From positions 192,001-256,000 of the forward strand of contig JAXHMY010000008.1 in the NCBI GenBank assembly GCA_034520965.1: a stretch of 64,000 nt of DNA, in the 5' to 3' direction. Shown here piece by piece: positions 9,443-18,401 of the stretch (position 1 is the first letter of the stretch; each line of letters begins with the position of its first letter). The position numbers were made by a program, and so were the translations under genes. The notes below the pieces were generated by a model. It saw only the letters and a list, made by a program, of their open reading frames with translations, did no database searches and had not been told where the DNA came from. This stretch comes from Spirochaetia bacterium (lineage in GTDB: Bacteria > Spirochaetota > Spirochaetia > DSM-16054 > Sediminispirochaetaceae).

Positions 9443-10183
9443 ATGCCTAATATAAAAGTTATTCTTTGGAGTGCCGGCAGTGCAGCTGTAATTGCTTTGC
9501 TTGCAGGACTGTTCGGTAGAGTCACTTTTTTTGACCTTCTTCTGAGGGTTTTACTTGGCGGAGCAGCATTTGGTCTGTTCGGCGCCGGGGTAAGCCTGTT
9601 GCTGATGCGCTTTGTTCCAGAACTGTTTGAACAGCAGGAATCGGAAGAGGACGGCTTTACGGCTGCGACCAGTGAGGCTGGAGAAAAAGAAGCTCCGGCA
9701 CAACAGGGGAATAATCTTAATATTGTCCTTGATGGGGATGAATACAGTTACGGGGACACCGCAGAGGCGACGGCTGAGAATGAAGTAGAGTCCGGTGATT
9801 TCGTGGAAGATGAAGAGCAGTTTGTAGAGGAAGTTTCGGAGTCGGAAGATCAAAGCGCATTGGGGAGGCAGACGGAAACCGGCACAGCACACAGAGCACA
9901 AGTCTCTTCCGACCCTGAGAGCAGTAGTGCGGAGAAACCAGCCGCTGCTTCCGCGGACTATCAGGAGTTCGAAAACTTAGCTGATGTAGACACACTGCCC
10001 GATTTAGATGAGTTTTCCGACTCATTTGAAAGTGTAGCTGCAGCTCAAGACTCAGAAAATGAATCTAATGGAGGAGGGGGGTACTCTTCTACGGATTCGG
10101 TAGATATAATGGGGGATGAACAGGATCCGGCCACAGTTGCCAAGGCGGTTCGTACTATTATAGGAAGAGACCAAGAAGGATAA
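9443..10183 (+). CDS. Two-TM membrane protein with long acidic tail, FlgV-like by position
   Basis: Two N-terminal hydrophobic helices ending FVPELF, then an E/D/S-rich disordered region; sits between flhG and fliA. The FlgV assignment rests on synteny and architecture only. Confidence 0.6.
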   Translation: MPNIKVILWSAGSAAVIALLAGLFGRVTFFDLLLRVLLGGAAFGLFGAGVSLLLMRFVPELFEQQESEEDGFTAATSEAGEKEAPAQQGNNLNIVLDGDEYSYGDTAEATAENEVESGDFVEDEEQFVEEVSESEDQSALGRQTETGTAHRAQVSSDPESSSAEKPAAASADYQEFENLADVDTLPDLDEFSDSFESVAAAQDSENESNGGGGYSSTDSVDIMGDEQDPATVAKAVRTIIGRDQEG

Positions 10184-10186
10184 AGT

Positions 10187-10975
10187 ATGGGGGAGAAACT
10201 GTTAGAGGAGAAGACAGAAGAAGAACTCTGGGAATTGTACAGAAAAAATCAAGATCCCAAAATTCGCGATATGTTTGTCAAGCAGTACGCACCCTTGGTG
10301 AAGTATGTTGCCGGCAAGGTGGCAGTAGGAATGCCGCATAACGTTGACTTTGACGATCTGGTAGGGTTCGGAGTCTTTGGTTTGATCGATGCCATCAATA
10401 AATACGATCCGGATAAACACGTGAAGTTCAAAACCTATGCTGTCACACGTATTCGTGGAGCTATCTTTGATGAACTGCGGTCTATAGACTGGGTGCCCCG
10501 GTCGGTAAGACAAAAATCACGTGAAATTGAAGATACAGTCCATCACCTCGAGGCATCCTTGGGACGTGCGGCAACTGATAAAGAGATAGCTGCGGAACTG
10601 GGCATGTCGGAGAGCGATTTTCAGAAGACTATGATGAAGATCAGTGGTACTTCTATTCTTTCGCTGAACGATGTATGGTACACCAGCGAAGAAAACGATA
10701 GTATTTCTATAGTCGACAGTATAGAATCGCCCCAGAGTCTGAATCCTGATACAATTGTAGAGAAAGAAGAAATAAAGAGGGTGATTGTTCAGGCTATCGA
10801 TGAGCTTCCTGAGAAAGAGAAAAAAGTGCTGGTTCTGTATTACTACGAGGATCTTACTCTTAAGGAAATCGGTAAAGTGCTGGAAGTCACTGAATCGCGG
10901 ATTAGTCAACTGCATACAAAGGCAATTATTCGTCTTCGTTCAAAACTGACCAATATTAAAAAGGGGATTTTTTAG
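10187..10975 (+). CDS. fliA: RNA polymerase sigma-28 factor FliA/WhiG
   Basis: [48 protein letters not shown]. Confidence 0.96.
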   Translation: MGEKLLEEKTEEELWELYRKNQDPKIRDMFVKQYAPLVKYVAGKVAVGMPHNVDFDDLVGFGVFGLIDAINKYDPDKHVKFKTYAVTRIRGAIFDELRSIDWVPRSVRQKSREIEDTVHHLEASLGRAATDKEIAAELGMSESDFQKTMMKISGTSILSLNDVWYTSEENDSISIVDSIESPQSLNPDTIVEKEEIKRVIVQAIDELPEKEKKVLVLYYYEDLTLKEIGKVLEVTESRISQLHTKAIIRLRSKLTNIKKGIF

Positions 10976-10993
10976 TTACCGTGGGAGGCCGAA

Positions 10994-12955
10994 GTGGTTG
11001 AAATTGCCAAACTGAGAGAGTTTATGCGGACTCAGGCAGAAGAAGACCGCAAGAGTCGCTGGGTGCAGGTCGAGGGTGAAGACCTCGATGAAGCCTTGCG
11101 TCAGGCTGCGATTGAGCTTTCCCTTCCAATAAAAAAGATAGAATACGAAATTCGCGATCCCGGTAAAAAAGGAACCTTTGGAATCGGCCGGACAAACTGT
11201 GTGATAGTAGCTTACCCGGCAATTGATCCGGCCCAACTTCAACTGACTGAAGATTCCCTTGAAATGGGTTCGGGTATGGAACAGGGTGAAGATCAAGATA
11301 AAGACGGAGAGGCTATTGTGCGGCTTTTCCCCGAAGGGGTGTTCCTAAAGGTGATACCGCCGGTTGGGAACGGAGCTCACGCCACTGAAAGACAAGTCTA
11401 TGCCAAGGTAAAAGAGCGGGACATTGAACGCTATGATAAACAGTTGATCCAGAAAATTGTCAAGGCCGCCGATAACCGCTATATAAAAATTGGCGACTTT
11501 GATTACAATCCTGCCAACGATTCAATTATTACCGTCGATATTACAGATTTCGATATGAAGGCGTTTATAATCTGCAAACCGCCCACTAAGAATGGAGCAG
11601 ATCCAAATTTTGACGGGCTGCTTGGCTTTCTCAAAACAAACGGTGTGGTATTTGGAATCAAGGAAGAGCCTCTACGAAAGTTTGTAGACTTTCCCAAGTA
11701 CAATGAGACAGTTTTAGTGGCAGAGGGAACCGCCCCGGTAAATGGGAATGATGCCCGAATTATTTATAATTTTGAAACCGATCGTTCAAAAATTAAGCTG
11801 AAGGAAAAGAACGGACGGGTAGATTTTAAGGAATCAAATGTAATCCAGAATGTGGTTGAAGGTCAGGCGTTAGCAAAGAAGATTCCTCCCGGTGAAGGCC
11901 AACCCGGCCGAACGGTAACCGGGAAGCTTCTGCCTGCGAAAGACGGCAATGATGTGAAGTTTGAAATAGGCAAGAACGTTCATCTGTCGGACGACGGAAT
12001 TACTGCAGTGGCTTCTATCAATGGCCAGGTGATGTTGGCAAACAGCAAAATCAGTGTGGAACCGGTTTTAGTAGTTCCGGGAGATGTAAACTTGAAAACC
12101 GGTGGTAATGTCATTTTCTTGGGTACGGTAATCGTCAAAGGTAATGTCGAGGACGGTTTTAAGGTGCAAGCTGCCGGAAATATTGAAATTATGGGAAATG
12201 TAGGGAAGAGCGAGTTGGATGCCGAGGGCGATGTAATCGTGCATCAAGGAATAACCGGAAAAGGCGAAGGGTTCGTACGGGCCGGGCGAGGAGTGTGGTC
12301 AAAGTTCATCGAAAACGCTCGGATTGAATCGGGTGACCTGGTGGTTGCCTCCGATGGAATTATTAACTCTAGGGTGAGCGCTAATCATCGAATTATCTGC
12401 CAGGGAAAGCGTGCAACTATTGTAGGCGGGCATCTGCGGGCAGCTGAAGAGATCCATGCGAAAACTTTGGGGTCGGTGGCAGGCTCAGAAACAGTGCTCG
12501 AAGTAGGTTACGATCCAAACAGCAAACAGCGCTTATATGATCTCAATACTCGAAATGAAGAAATTGAAGAGCAGCTTGATAAGATTATGCAGGATATGGC
12601 TACCATAAAAAAACTAAAAGAGAAAAGCGGTAAAAAGCTGTCGAAGGAAAAACTTGCGTATCTTAAAGAGATTACCGAAAAGAAGTCCGCCATCGAGCAG
12701 GAAAAGCAAGAGAAACAGGAAGAGATCGATGAACTGCAGCACTACCTATCGTCTTTGAAGGTAAAGGGACGGATATCAGCCTCTGAACGGGTGTTCAGTG
12801 GAGTCAAGCTCAGCATCAAAGAAGCTGCTTTAGAAGTAAGAAATGAATATAAATCAGTTACTTTTGTGAACGAGAAGGACGATATAAAAGTAACGAAATA
12901 CATTCAACCTGAGGAGGACTATTCGAGGCCGAACAATGCCGCTTCAACCGATTGA
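10994..12955 (+). CDS. FapA (DUF342) family flagellar assembly protein with Jag-like N-terminal domain
   Basis: GRVDFKE, beta-helix repeats (GDVNLKTGGNVIFLGTVIVKGNVEDGF), coiled coil; N-terminus VEGEDLDEALRQAAIEL...KKGTFGIG. Confidence 0.85.
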   Translation: MVEIAKLREFMRTQAEEDRKSRWVQVEGEDLDEALRQAAIELSLPIKKIEYEIRDPGKKGTFGIGRTNCVIVAYPAIDPAQLQLTEDSLEMGSGMEQGEDQDKDGEAIVRLFPEGVFLKVIPPVGNGAHATERQVYAKVKERDIERYDKQLIQKIVKAADNRYIKIGDFDYNPANDSIITVDITDFDMKAFIICKPPTKNGADPNFDGLLGFLKTNGVVFGIKEEPLRKFVDFPKYNETVLVAEGTAPVNGNDARIIYNFETDRSKIKLKEKNGRVDFKESNVIQNVVEGQALAKKIPPGEGQPGRTVTGKLLPAKDGNDVKFEIGKNVHLSDDGITAVASINGQVMLANSKISVEPVLVVPGDVNLKTGGNVIFLGTVIVKGNVEDGFKVQAAGNIEIMGNVGKSELDAEGDVIVHQGITGKGEGFVRAGRGVWSKFIENARIESGDLVVASDGIINSRVSANHRIICQGKRATIVGGHLRAAEEIHAKTLGSVAGSETVLEVGYDPNSKQRLYDLNTRNEEIEEQLDKIMQDMATIKKLKEKSGKKLSKEKLAYLKEITEKKSAIEQEKQEKQEEIDELQHYLSSLKVKGRISASERVFSGVKLSIKEAALEVRNEYKSVTFVNEKDDIKVTKYIQPEEDYSRPNNAASTD

Positions 12956-13265
12956 TTTACAGGTATTATTTGCTCATATTAATCAAGTAGGAAAACAGCA
13001 GGCAGTGCTGAAAGAGGCTTCAGTGGTGCAGCAGGGTCTCCGCGGGGCGGAGCTTGCCAAACAGACGCGACAGAATGCTGAATCAGTGAGGCAAACTGAA
13101 GAAGTACCGGAGGAAAGTACACAAATACGGGAAAAGCAGTCTGAGGGAGGCGACCTCACGCATGAAGAGGCCGGAGGGGAAGAGTCTGAGCAGTCGGAAG
13201 AGAAGAGGAAAAAGCACTATTTCGAGGATCCTGCCTTAGGAAAAAACATCGATATATCGGGATAA
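12936..13265 (+). CDS. Conserved hypothetical protein (flagellar operon)
   Basis: GAGGAGG SD; PLQPIDLQVL N-terminus and GKNIDISG C-terminus; overlaps the fapA end. Confidence 0.75.
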   Translation: MPLQPIDLQVLFAHINQVGKQQAVLKEASVVQQGLRGAELAKQTRQNAESVRQTEEVPEESTQIREKQSEGGDLTHEEAGGEESEQSEEKRKKHYFEDPALGKNIDISG

Positions 13266-13268
13266 CAT

Positions 13269-13868
13269 ATGTATATTACTTCAATCATGGTGAGCACCGG
13301 AATAAGTATAATGATAGCAGGGATAGTATATATACTGCTGGTAAAAAGAATAAACAGAGAAAAGTCGAGTACTGCAATAACAGAACAGGTAAGAAACGAA
13401 ATAGATCGTATGGTTGTAGATTTGAATCAAACCGCCGACAGAAATATTGGATTGATCGAACAGCAACTCAAATCATTGACGGAGATGATTCAAGAGGCTG
13501 ATCATAGGATTTCTCTACTTCAAAAACATTCGGAAAAACTGAACAGAAGCACTGATACTTATAATCAGATTCGTCCTGCCCAGATAGTGAAACCAAAGGC
13601 AACTCCAGAACCAAAAGCATCACCAGCTCCACAGGCCAGTGAAGTCTCTCCACCAAATTCTCATACTGTGGATATTTCTGAGAAAATACAGCCCAGCACC
13701 TCCGTTTCGGAGAGCGAGGATGCACAGGATTCAGTGACGACCTCAAAACGTGAGCGTGTAATCAACCTCCATCGACAGGGAATTTCACTTGATATTATCG
13801 CTTCCAGGGTTGGTTCTACTGTAGCTGAGGTAGAGCTGATTATATCAATGACAGAGGGCCACCGATGA
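13269..13868 (+). CDS. Single-TM coiled-coil protein with C-terminal HTH-like region (DUF6115/SwrB-like)
   Basis: N-terminal TM, coiled coil, P/S-rich linker, then VINLHRQGISLDIIASRVGSTVAEVELII. Confidence 0.65.
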   Translation: MYITSIMVSTGISIMIAGIVYILLVKRINREKSSTAITEQVRNEIDRMVVDLNQTADRNIGLIEQQLKSLTEMIQEADHRISLLQKHSEKLNRSTDTYNQIRPAQIVKPKATPEPKASPAPQASEVSPPNSHTVDISEKIQPSTSVSESEDAQDSVTTSKRERVINLHRQGISLDIIASRVGSTVAEVELIISMTEGHR

Positions 13869-15562
13869 GCCGAATAATAGGGATAGATCTAGGCACCACA
13901 AATACTGCCGCTGCCTTTATGGATGATGATACTCCTCGTATAATACCTAATGATCGCGGTAAAATGCTAACCCCCTCAGTGGTAGCTTTAACTGATTCGG
14001 GGGAGCTTTTAGTTGGAGAAGCTGCGAAGAACCAGGCGATGGTGAATGCCGAGGGTACAATAAGTTCTATCAAGCGTCTAATCGGAAAAAAGACGGAAGT
14101 AAAACTGCGGAATCGGTCATTTTCACCACAGGAGATAAGTGCGGAAATACTCAAAAAAGTGCGGCGGGATTGTGAAGCATATATGGGGGAGGAAATACGG
14201 GATGTTGTTATTTCGGTGCCCGCATATTTTAATGAGCTTCAGCGAAAGGCCACCCAGGAAGCTGGGCGTTTAGCAGGATTAAGAGTTCATCGCATAATCA
14301 ATGAGCCCACCGCTGCTTCCCTGGCCTACGCATCTCAGATACATACTCGTAAGAATATTTTAGTGTATGATATTGGTGGTGGAACCTTTGACGCAACCGT
14401 ACTTACCAGTGATGGAAGCAATTTTGAAGTCCTGGCAAGCAACGGCAATAATCAGTTAGGCGGAATCGATTTTGATGCATTGCTGTTTCAGCAAATCTCC
14501 GAACCCTTTAATCAGCAGGCAGGCTTTAGTGTGACTGAAGATCCATTTCTGCGTCAGCAGCTGCTCGACCAGGTTGAAAGGGCTAAAATTGAACTATCCG
14601 AAAGGGACACTGCCGCAGTCGCTCTGCCGTTTATCGATGTAGATCGTACACCGATACATCTGCACTACACTGTACAGCGGCAAGAGTTCAACAAACTCAT
14701 TTATCCGTTGATTGAAAAGACTATCGCCCTGAGCCGTGAAGCGGTTCACGATTCAAAAGTTGCGATCGATACCCTCATTTTTAGCGGCGGTTCCAGTAGA
14801 ATCCCGCTCATCTCCCATTTAATGAACGAGCTCCTACAAGTACGTCCCCAGGCTAAGGTGAACCCCGATGAAGTTGTAGCCCTTGGAACAGCGGTGCACG
14901 CCTCCATACTGACCACCAATTCTACTGTGCAGCGAAGCCGGCTTCATTCACTGAAAGATGTCACTCCCTTGCCCTTAGGGGTTGAAATCGAAGGTGAAAG
15001 GTTTTTGCCGGTAGTCGAGAAGAATGCTCCCCTCCCGGCAGAAAGGAAACAGTTGTTCACCACGGTAGCCGATGGTCAGCAGAGTGTCGCGGTGCATATC
15101 CTCCAGGGAGAGAGCCAATCTGCTGTGGAAAACGTCTCTTTAGGACGTTTCCTTCTTTCCGGAATCAAAAAGATGGAGAGGGGGGCGGCAAAGATCGAGG
15201 TAGTGTTTAAGATTGATCTTGATGGATTGTTAAAGGTAGTTGCCCGGGATATAGATACCGGGATCGAAAAAAATGTCACGATCGACCGGGAAAGTGACTC
15301 CTCAAATACGGTATCCGAAGATGAACACTTCGAAAAACTCAAGAATTTGATACGTCGGACTGATACTTTAATCGAAATGGTCCCGGCGGACACCGCTCCT
15401 GCTTTTATTAAAGAGGTAAATGCAATACTTTCTGCTGCGCGTAAGGCTGCTGCGGACTCTCCAATTGAAGTACTGCGTCAGTACCAGGTTGCACTAGAAG
15501 CGGTTTTAGCCGAGATCCACGAACTTTTAAAAGAGCAGGAGGTTCAATGTGGAAGAGCTTAG
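13865..15562 (+). CDS. Hsp70-family chaperone (HscC-like, not the main DnaK)
   Basis: IIGIDLGTTN, VPAYF, IINEPTAA, YDIGGGTFD, GGSSRIP, DVTPLPLGVE; 565 aa with a short lid; no grpE or dnaJ adjacent. Confidence 0.92.
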   Translation: MSRIIGIDLGTTNTAAAFMDDDTPRIIPNDRGKMLTPSVVALTDSGELLVGEAAKNQAMVNAEGTISSIKRLIGKKTEVKLRNRSFSPQEISAEILKKVRRDCEAYMGEEIRDVVISVPAYFNELQRKATQEAGRLAGLRVHRIINEPTAASLAYASQIHTRKNILVYDIGGGTFDATVLTSDGSNFEVLASNGNNQLGGIDFDALLFQQISEPFNQQAGFSVTEDPFLRQQLLDQVERAKIELSERDTAAVALPFIDVDRTPIHLHYTVQRQEFNKLIYPLIEKTIALSREAVHDSKVAIDTLIFSGGSSRIPLISHLMNELLQVRPQAKVNPDEVVALGTAVHASILTTNSTVQRSRLHSLKDVTPLPLGVEIEGERFLPVVEKNAPLPAERKQLFTTVADGQQSVAVHILQGESQSAVENVSLGRFLLSGIKKMERGAAKIEVVFKIDLDGLLKVVARDIDTGIEKNVTIDRESDSSNTVSEDEHFEKLKNLIRRTDTLIEMVPADTAPAFIKEVNAILSAARKAAADSPIEVLRQYQVALEAVLAEIHELLKEQEVQCGRA

Positions 15563-16193
15563 GTACTACCGTGCATTAGGTCTTCCTGCAGGGGCAGATG
15601 CCGGACAAATAAAATCTGCCTACCGGGTTCTGGCAAAAAAGTACCATCCTGATATGAGTAAAGATCCAGCTACGGGTGATGAGTTTAGAAAAGTTGCGGC
15701 CGCCTATAAAACTCTCCTCGCTCGCGAGGAGAAACGAAGTTACCTTGATTCAACTGTACGGCGTACATATAGAACGTCCCCGATACGGCCGGCCACACAG
15801 CCTTCTACGGGGGAGGCAAAAAAATCAATTTACGAGATTGGCCAACTCCTTCTGAGGGGAAAAACGGCGAGTATGCGTGCCTTTGCGGCGAGGCGTCTGG
15901 GTTTTTCTCAACAGAAAGGAGCTTATGTATATCTGCGGAAGTCTTTACAGGACCCTTCCGAGGCGGTAGTTCTTGCTGCTGTCGAGGCAATCGGCCGTCT
16001 ACGGGTGAGCATCTCCGCTGAAGAGCTTGAAGCTCTGTTTGAAGGTAGTTCAAGGCCGGTAAAATTGGCAATACTCCAAACTGTCGAAATGTGTGGTACA
16101 AAAAATGTTTTTCTCGGAATACTCGTCAAAGGAATGCAATCTTTAGACCGCAAAGTTCGCAGCAAGTCTTTGTCCCTGTTTTCACAAATTTGA
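15549..16193 (+). CDS. J-domain protein with C-terminal HEAT-repeat-like region
   Basis: YYRALGL...IKSAYRVLAKKYHPD...FRKVAAAYKTL; later MRAFAARRLG and LQDPSEAVVLAAVEAIGRL repeats; AGGAGG SD before GTG. Confidence 0.88.
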   Translation: MEELRYYRALGLPAGADAGQIKSAYRVLAKKYHPDMSKDPATGDEFRKVAAAYKTLLAREEKRSYLDSTVRRTYRTSPIRPATQPSTGEAKKSIYEIGQLLLRGKTASMRAFAARRLGFSQQKGAYVYLRKSLQDPSEAVVLAAVEAIGRLRVSISAEELEALFEGSSRPVKLAILQTVEMCGTKNVFLGILVKGMQSLDRKVRSKSLSLFSQI

Positions 16194-16206
16194 AAGGAGT
16201 CTCGTA

Positions 16207-18144
16207 ATGGTAAAAGATAATCAAAACTCTCTGTTTCACTCCTTTCTGCGAGACAGCGAGGGTTTCATTAAAGGGCTCAATCGCAGTCTTCTGGCCCTGG
16301 AACAGAATCCAAGGGATCCAAGCCACATTGATGAGCTGTTTCGAAATGCTCACTCCTTAAAATCTGAAGCTGATTATCTCAATCAAACGGAAATTGCAGC
16401 TGAAGCCCATCAGATAGAAAGCGCTATACAGAATATTCGAGATCATTCTGAAGCGCCGAACCGTCGTCAATTTGATGCTTTTTTTTCCAGTGTAGATAAG
16501 GTTCAGGAGATGCTGGGCCAATTGCGACAGCATCGTATGCAAAGCAAGGGTCAAAGCAAGAACAAAGCTCAGGATGCTGCCGGGGATGAACTGCACTACA
16601 AAGCTGCGACAGGTTCAGAAAACGGGCCGAAGGGCTCCCAGGAACCCTTGATGCCGATCCTCAGTGATTTTGAGAAATCCCTGCTGCGGGAGTCAAGAAA
16701 AAGAGAGGAGCGCTTTTTCCGGGTGTATGTAGAGCTCTCGGATCAAGCTGAACTTCCATATGCCAAAGCCTACCTTATCTTGAGTAATCTGGAACAGCTG
16801 GTTCAAGTAATTCACAGGGAACCCCAATTTGGTGCGGCGGCAGAGAATGAGGACCCAAAGCGCTTTCTGCGGCTTATGTTTTTCTGTACGGGCAAGCTCC
16901 CTGAAAGTGAATTGTACCGGGCGGTAAATATTGATCAAATAAAAAAAATTAGCATCTCGCCGCTGGACTACAAAAGTGTGTTGGGTGAACAGGTTCAGAA
17001 AAGAGGCAGCCTCGATTTTACGAATGAACTGCAGGTGCACATAAACGGAGGTGATCTGGACGAGCTCAACGGCTATGTGGACGAACTGAAGATCAGGGCC
17101 CATCGCCTGAAACGTGAGCTATCCGCAAGCTTCGGCAAAGAAAGCGAGCACCTTTCCCTGTTCACTCGGCTAGTAGATGATCTTGAAGCATTTAGCCATA
17201 GAATCAGCCTGGTACAGCTTGATGATGCCCTGCAGCCACACTACCGGCTAGTTCGTGACCTGGCAAGTTCCCTGGATAAAGAGGTTGAACTGCATCTTGA
17301 ACACTGCAATATTACCCTGGACCGCCGGGCAGCAGAGCTTATATCTGAAATTCTCGTCCACCTGGTGCGTAATGCGGTGAGTCACGGCATTGAAAAACCG
17401 ATAGAGCGGGCGCAGAAGGGAAAGGCCTCTCTGGGTAGAATCACCATTGCCGCCGAAAAAGCGGATGAGCAGATCCGCATAACAGTTGCCGATGACGGTT
17501 CAGGTATTGACGAGGAAGGACTGAAACAGCAGGCTCGTAAAGCGGGTATAGAGACTGAGAGTAATGAGCTGCTTTCATATTTAGTGTATCCGGGTCTCTC
17601 AACACTCTCTGAGGCGGACTCCCGTGCCGGTCGCGGATATGGTTTGGATTTAGTCTACCAAAAATTACAAGAGTTTGAGGGGGGAACACTGGAGGTTGCT
17701 TCCCACCCCGGGCTTGGGACCAGTTTTATAATGACCTTGCCGGCGGGCTTTTCAATACTCTCCCTGTTGGTGATACGATATGAGAATAAATTGGTAGCAA
17801 TACCGGCTAAGTATGTGGAGTCGCAGATAGAATTGAAAAGCGGCACGTTTTCCTCCGGTAAAAATGGAGAGTTATTCTGGAACGAATTACCGGTATTTAA
17901 CCCGGAGGGGCAGCTTTTCTATACCGATACATATCCTCCTCAAAGCCTTGGGCTTGTCATCTCCTATCTAAAATATAAAGTCCTTGTATTAGTAGACGAG
18001 ATGCTCTTTCACAAGGAAGTTGCCGAGGAGAGCATCACCCTGTATATTGCGGGCAGTCTTCATTTGCATAAGATGAGTCTGTATAATACGGAATCCGAAC
18101 TCTATTATTTGAGTCCTTCCATTGCCGTAACCGGCTCTCTATAG
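16207..18144 (+). CDS. CheA-like histidine kinase (HPt, P2, dimerisation, HATPase_c, degenerate CheW domain)
   Basis: LFRNAHSLKS HPt motif; HLVRNAVSHGIE N box; DDGSGID G1; PGLST and GRGYGLDLV F/G2 boxes; GTSFIMTLP. Confidence 0.88.
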   Translation: MVKDNQNSLFHSFLRDSEGFIKGLNRSLLALEQNPRDPSHIDELFRNAHSLKSEADYLNQTEIAAEAHQIESAIQNIRDHSEAPNRRQFDAFFSSVDKVQEMLGQLRQHRMQSKGQSKNKAQDAAGDELHYKAATGSENGPKGSQEPLMPILSDFEKSLLRESRKREERFFRVYVELSDQAELPYAKAYLILSNLEQLVQVIHREPQFGAAAENEDPKRFLRLMFFCTGKLPESELYRAVNIDQIKKISISPLDYKSVLGEQVQKRGSLDFTNELQVHINGGDLDELNGYVDELKIRAHRLKRELSASFGKESEHLSLFTRLVDDLEAFSHRISLVQLDDALQPHYRLVRDLASSLDKEVELHLEHCNITLDRRAAELISEILVHLVRNAVSHGIEKPIERAQKGKASLGRITIAAEKADEQIRITVADDGSGIDEEGLKQQARKAGIETESNELLSYLVYPGLSTLSEADSRAGRGYGLDLVYQKLQEFEGGTLEVASHPGLGTSFIMTLPAGFSILSLLVIRYENKLVAIPAKYVESQIELKSGTFSSGKNGELFWNELPVFNPEGQLFYTDTYPPQSLGLVISYLKYKVLVLVDEMLFHKEVAEESITLYIAGSLHLHKMSLYNTESELYYLSPSIAVTGSL

Positions 18145-18171
18145 TGCCTGAGCAGTGCGTGGGCAAAAAAA

Positions 18172-18209
18172 AACGGTATGCTTCTGGACGTTTCAAAAAG
18201 CATACCGTT
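18172..18209. terminator. Inverted repeat between convergent genes, possible bidirectional terminator
   Basis: AACGGTATGCTT (18172-18183) / AAGCATACCGTT (18198-18209), with an A-run on the left. Confidence 0.55.
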
Positions 18210-18231
18210 AAATAAATTAAAAAGGCTATTA

Positions 18232-18307
18232 TTCTAATAAGAAAATAGCCGTATCCGGCTATTTTCGTCGTTTCGGTTGTCGCACAGCGGCATCCGAAAC
18301 TAGTTAA
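18232..18307. repeat. Dispersed two-hairpin repeat, family 2, copy 1
   Basis: TTCTAATAAGAAAATAGCCGTATCCGGCTATTTTCGTCGTTTCGG...CCGAAACTAGTTAA; closely matches 49691-49765 and partly 42946-42977. Confidence 0.85.
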
Positions 18308-18401
18308 TGCCCTATTTATCATTTCGGTAACAGTGAGGCATTCTTTAATAATTTTGTATAAAAAGTGCGAAAGGATTTAAGTGCTACCGGTTCTGCAGCC
18401 T

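Noticed and set aside
13865..15562. Calling the Hsp70 the housekeeping dnaK
   Set aside because: It is short, has a degenerate linker, lacks grpE/hrcA context, and the neighbouring J protein has no G/F-rich or zinc-finger region.
18232..18310. Family-2 repeat as an integron attC site (starts TTCTAA, ends near GTTAA)
   Set aside because: The ends do not fit RYYYAAC/GTTRRRY, the element folds as two separate hairpins rather than one long stem, copies are dispersed rather than arrayed between cassettes, and no integrase is present.
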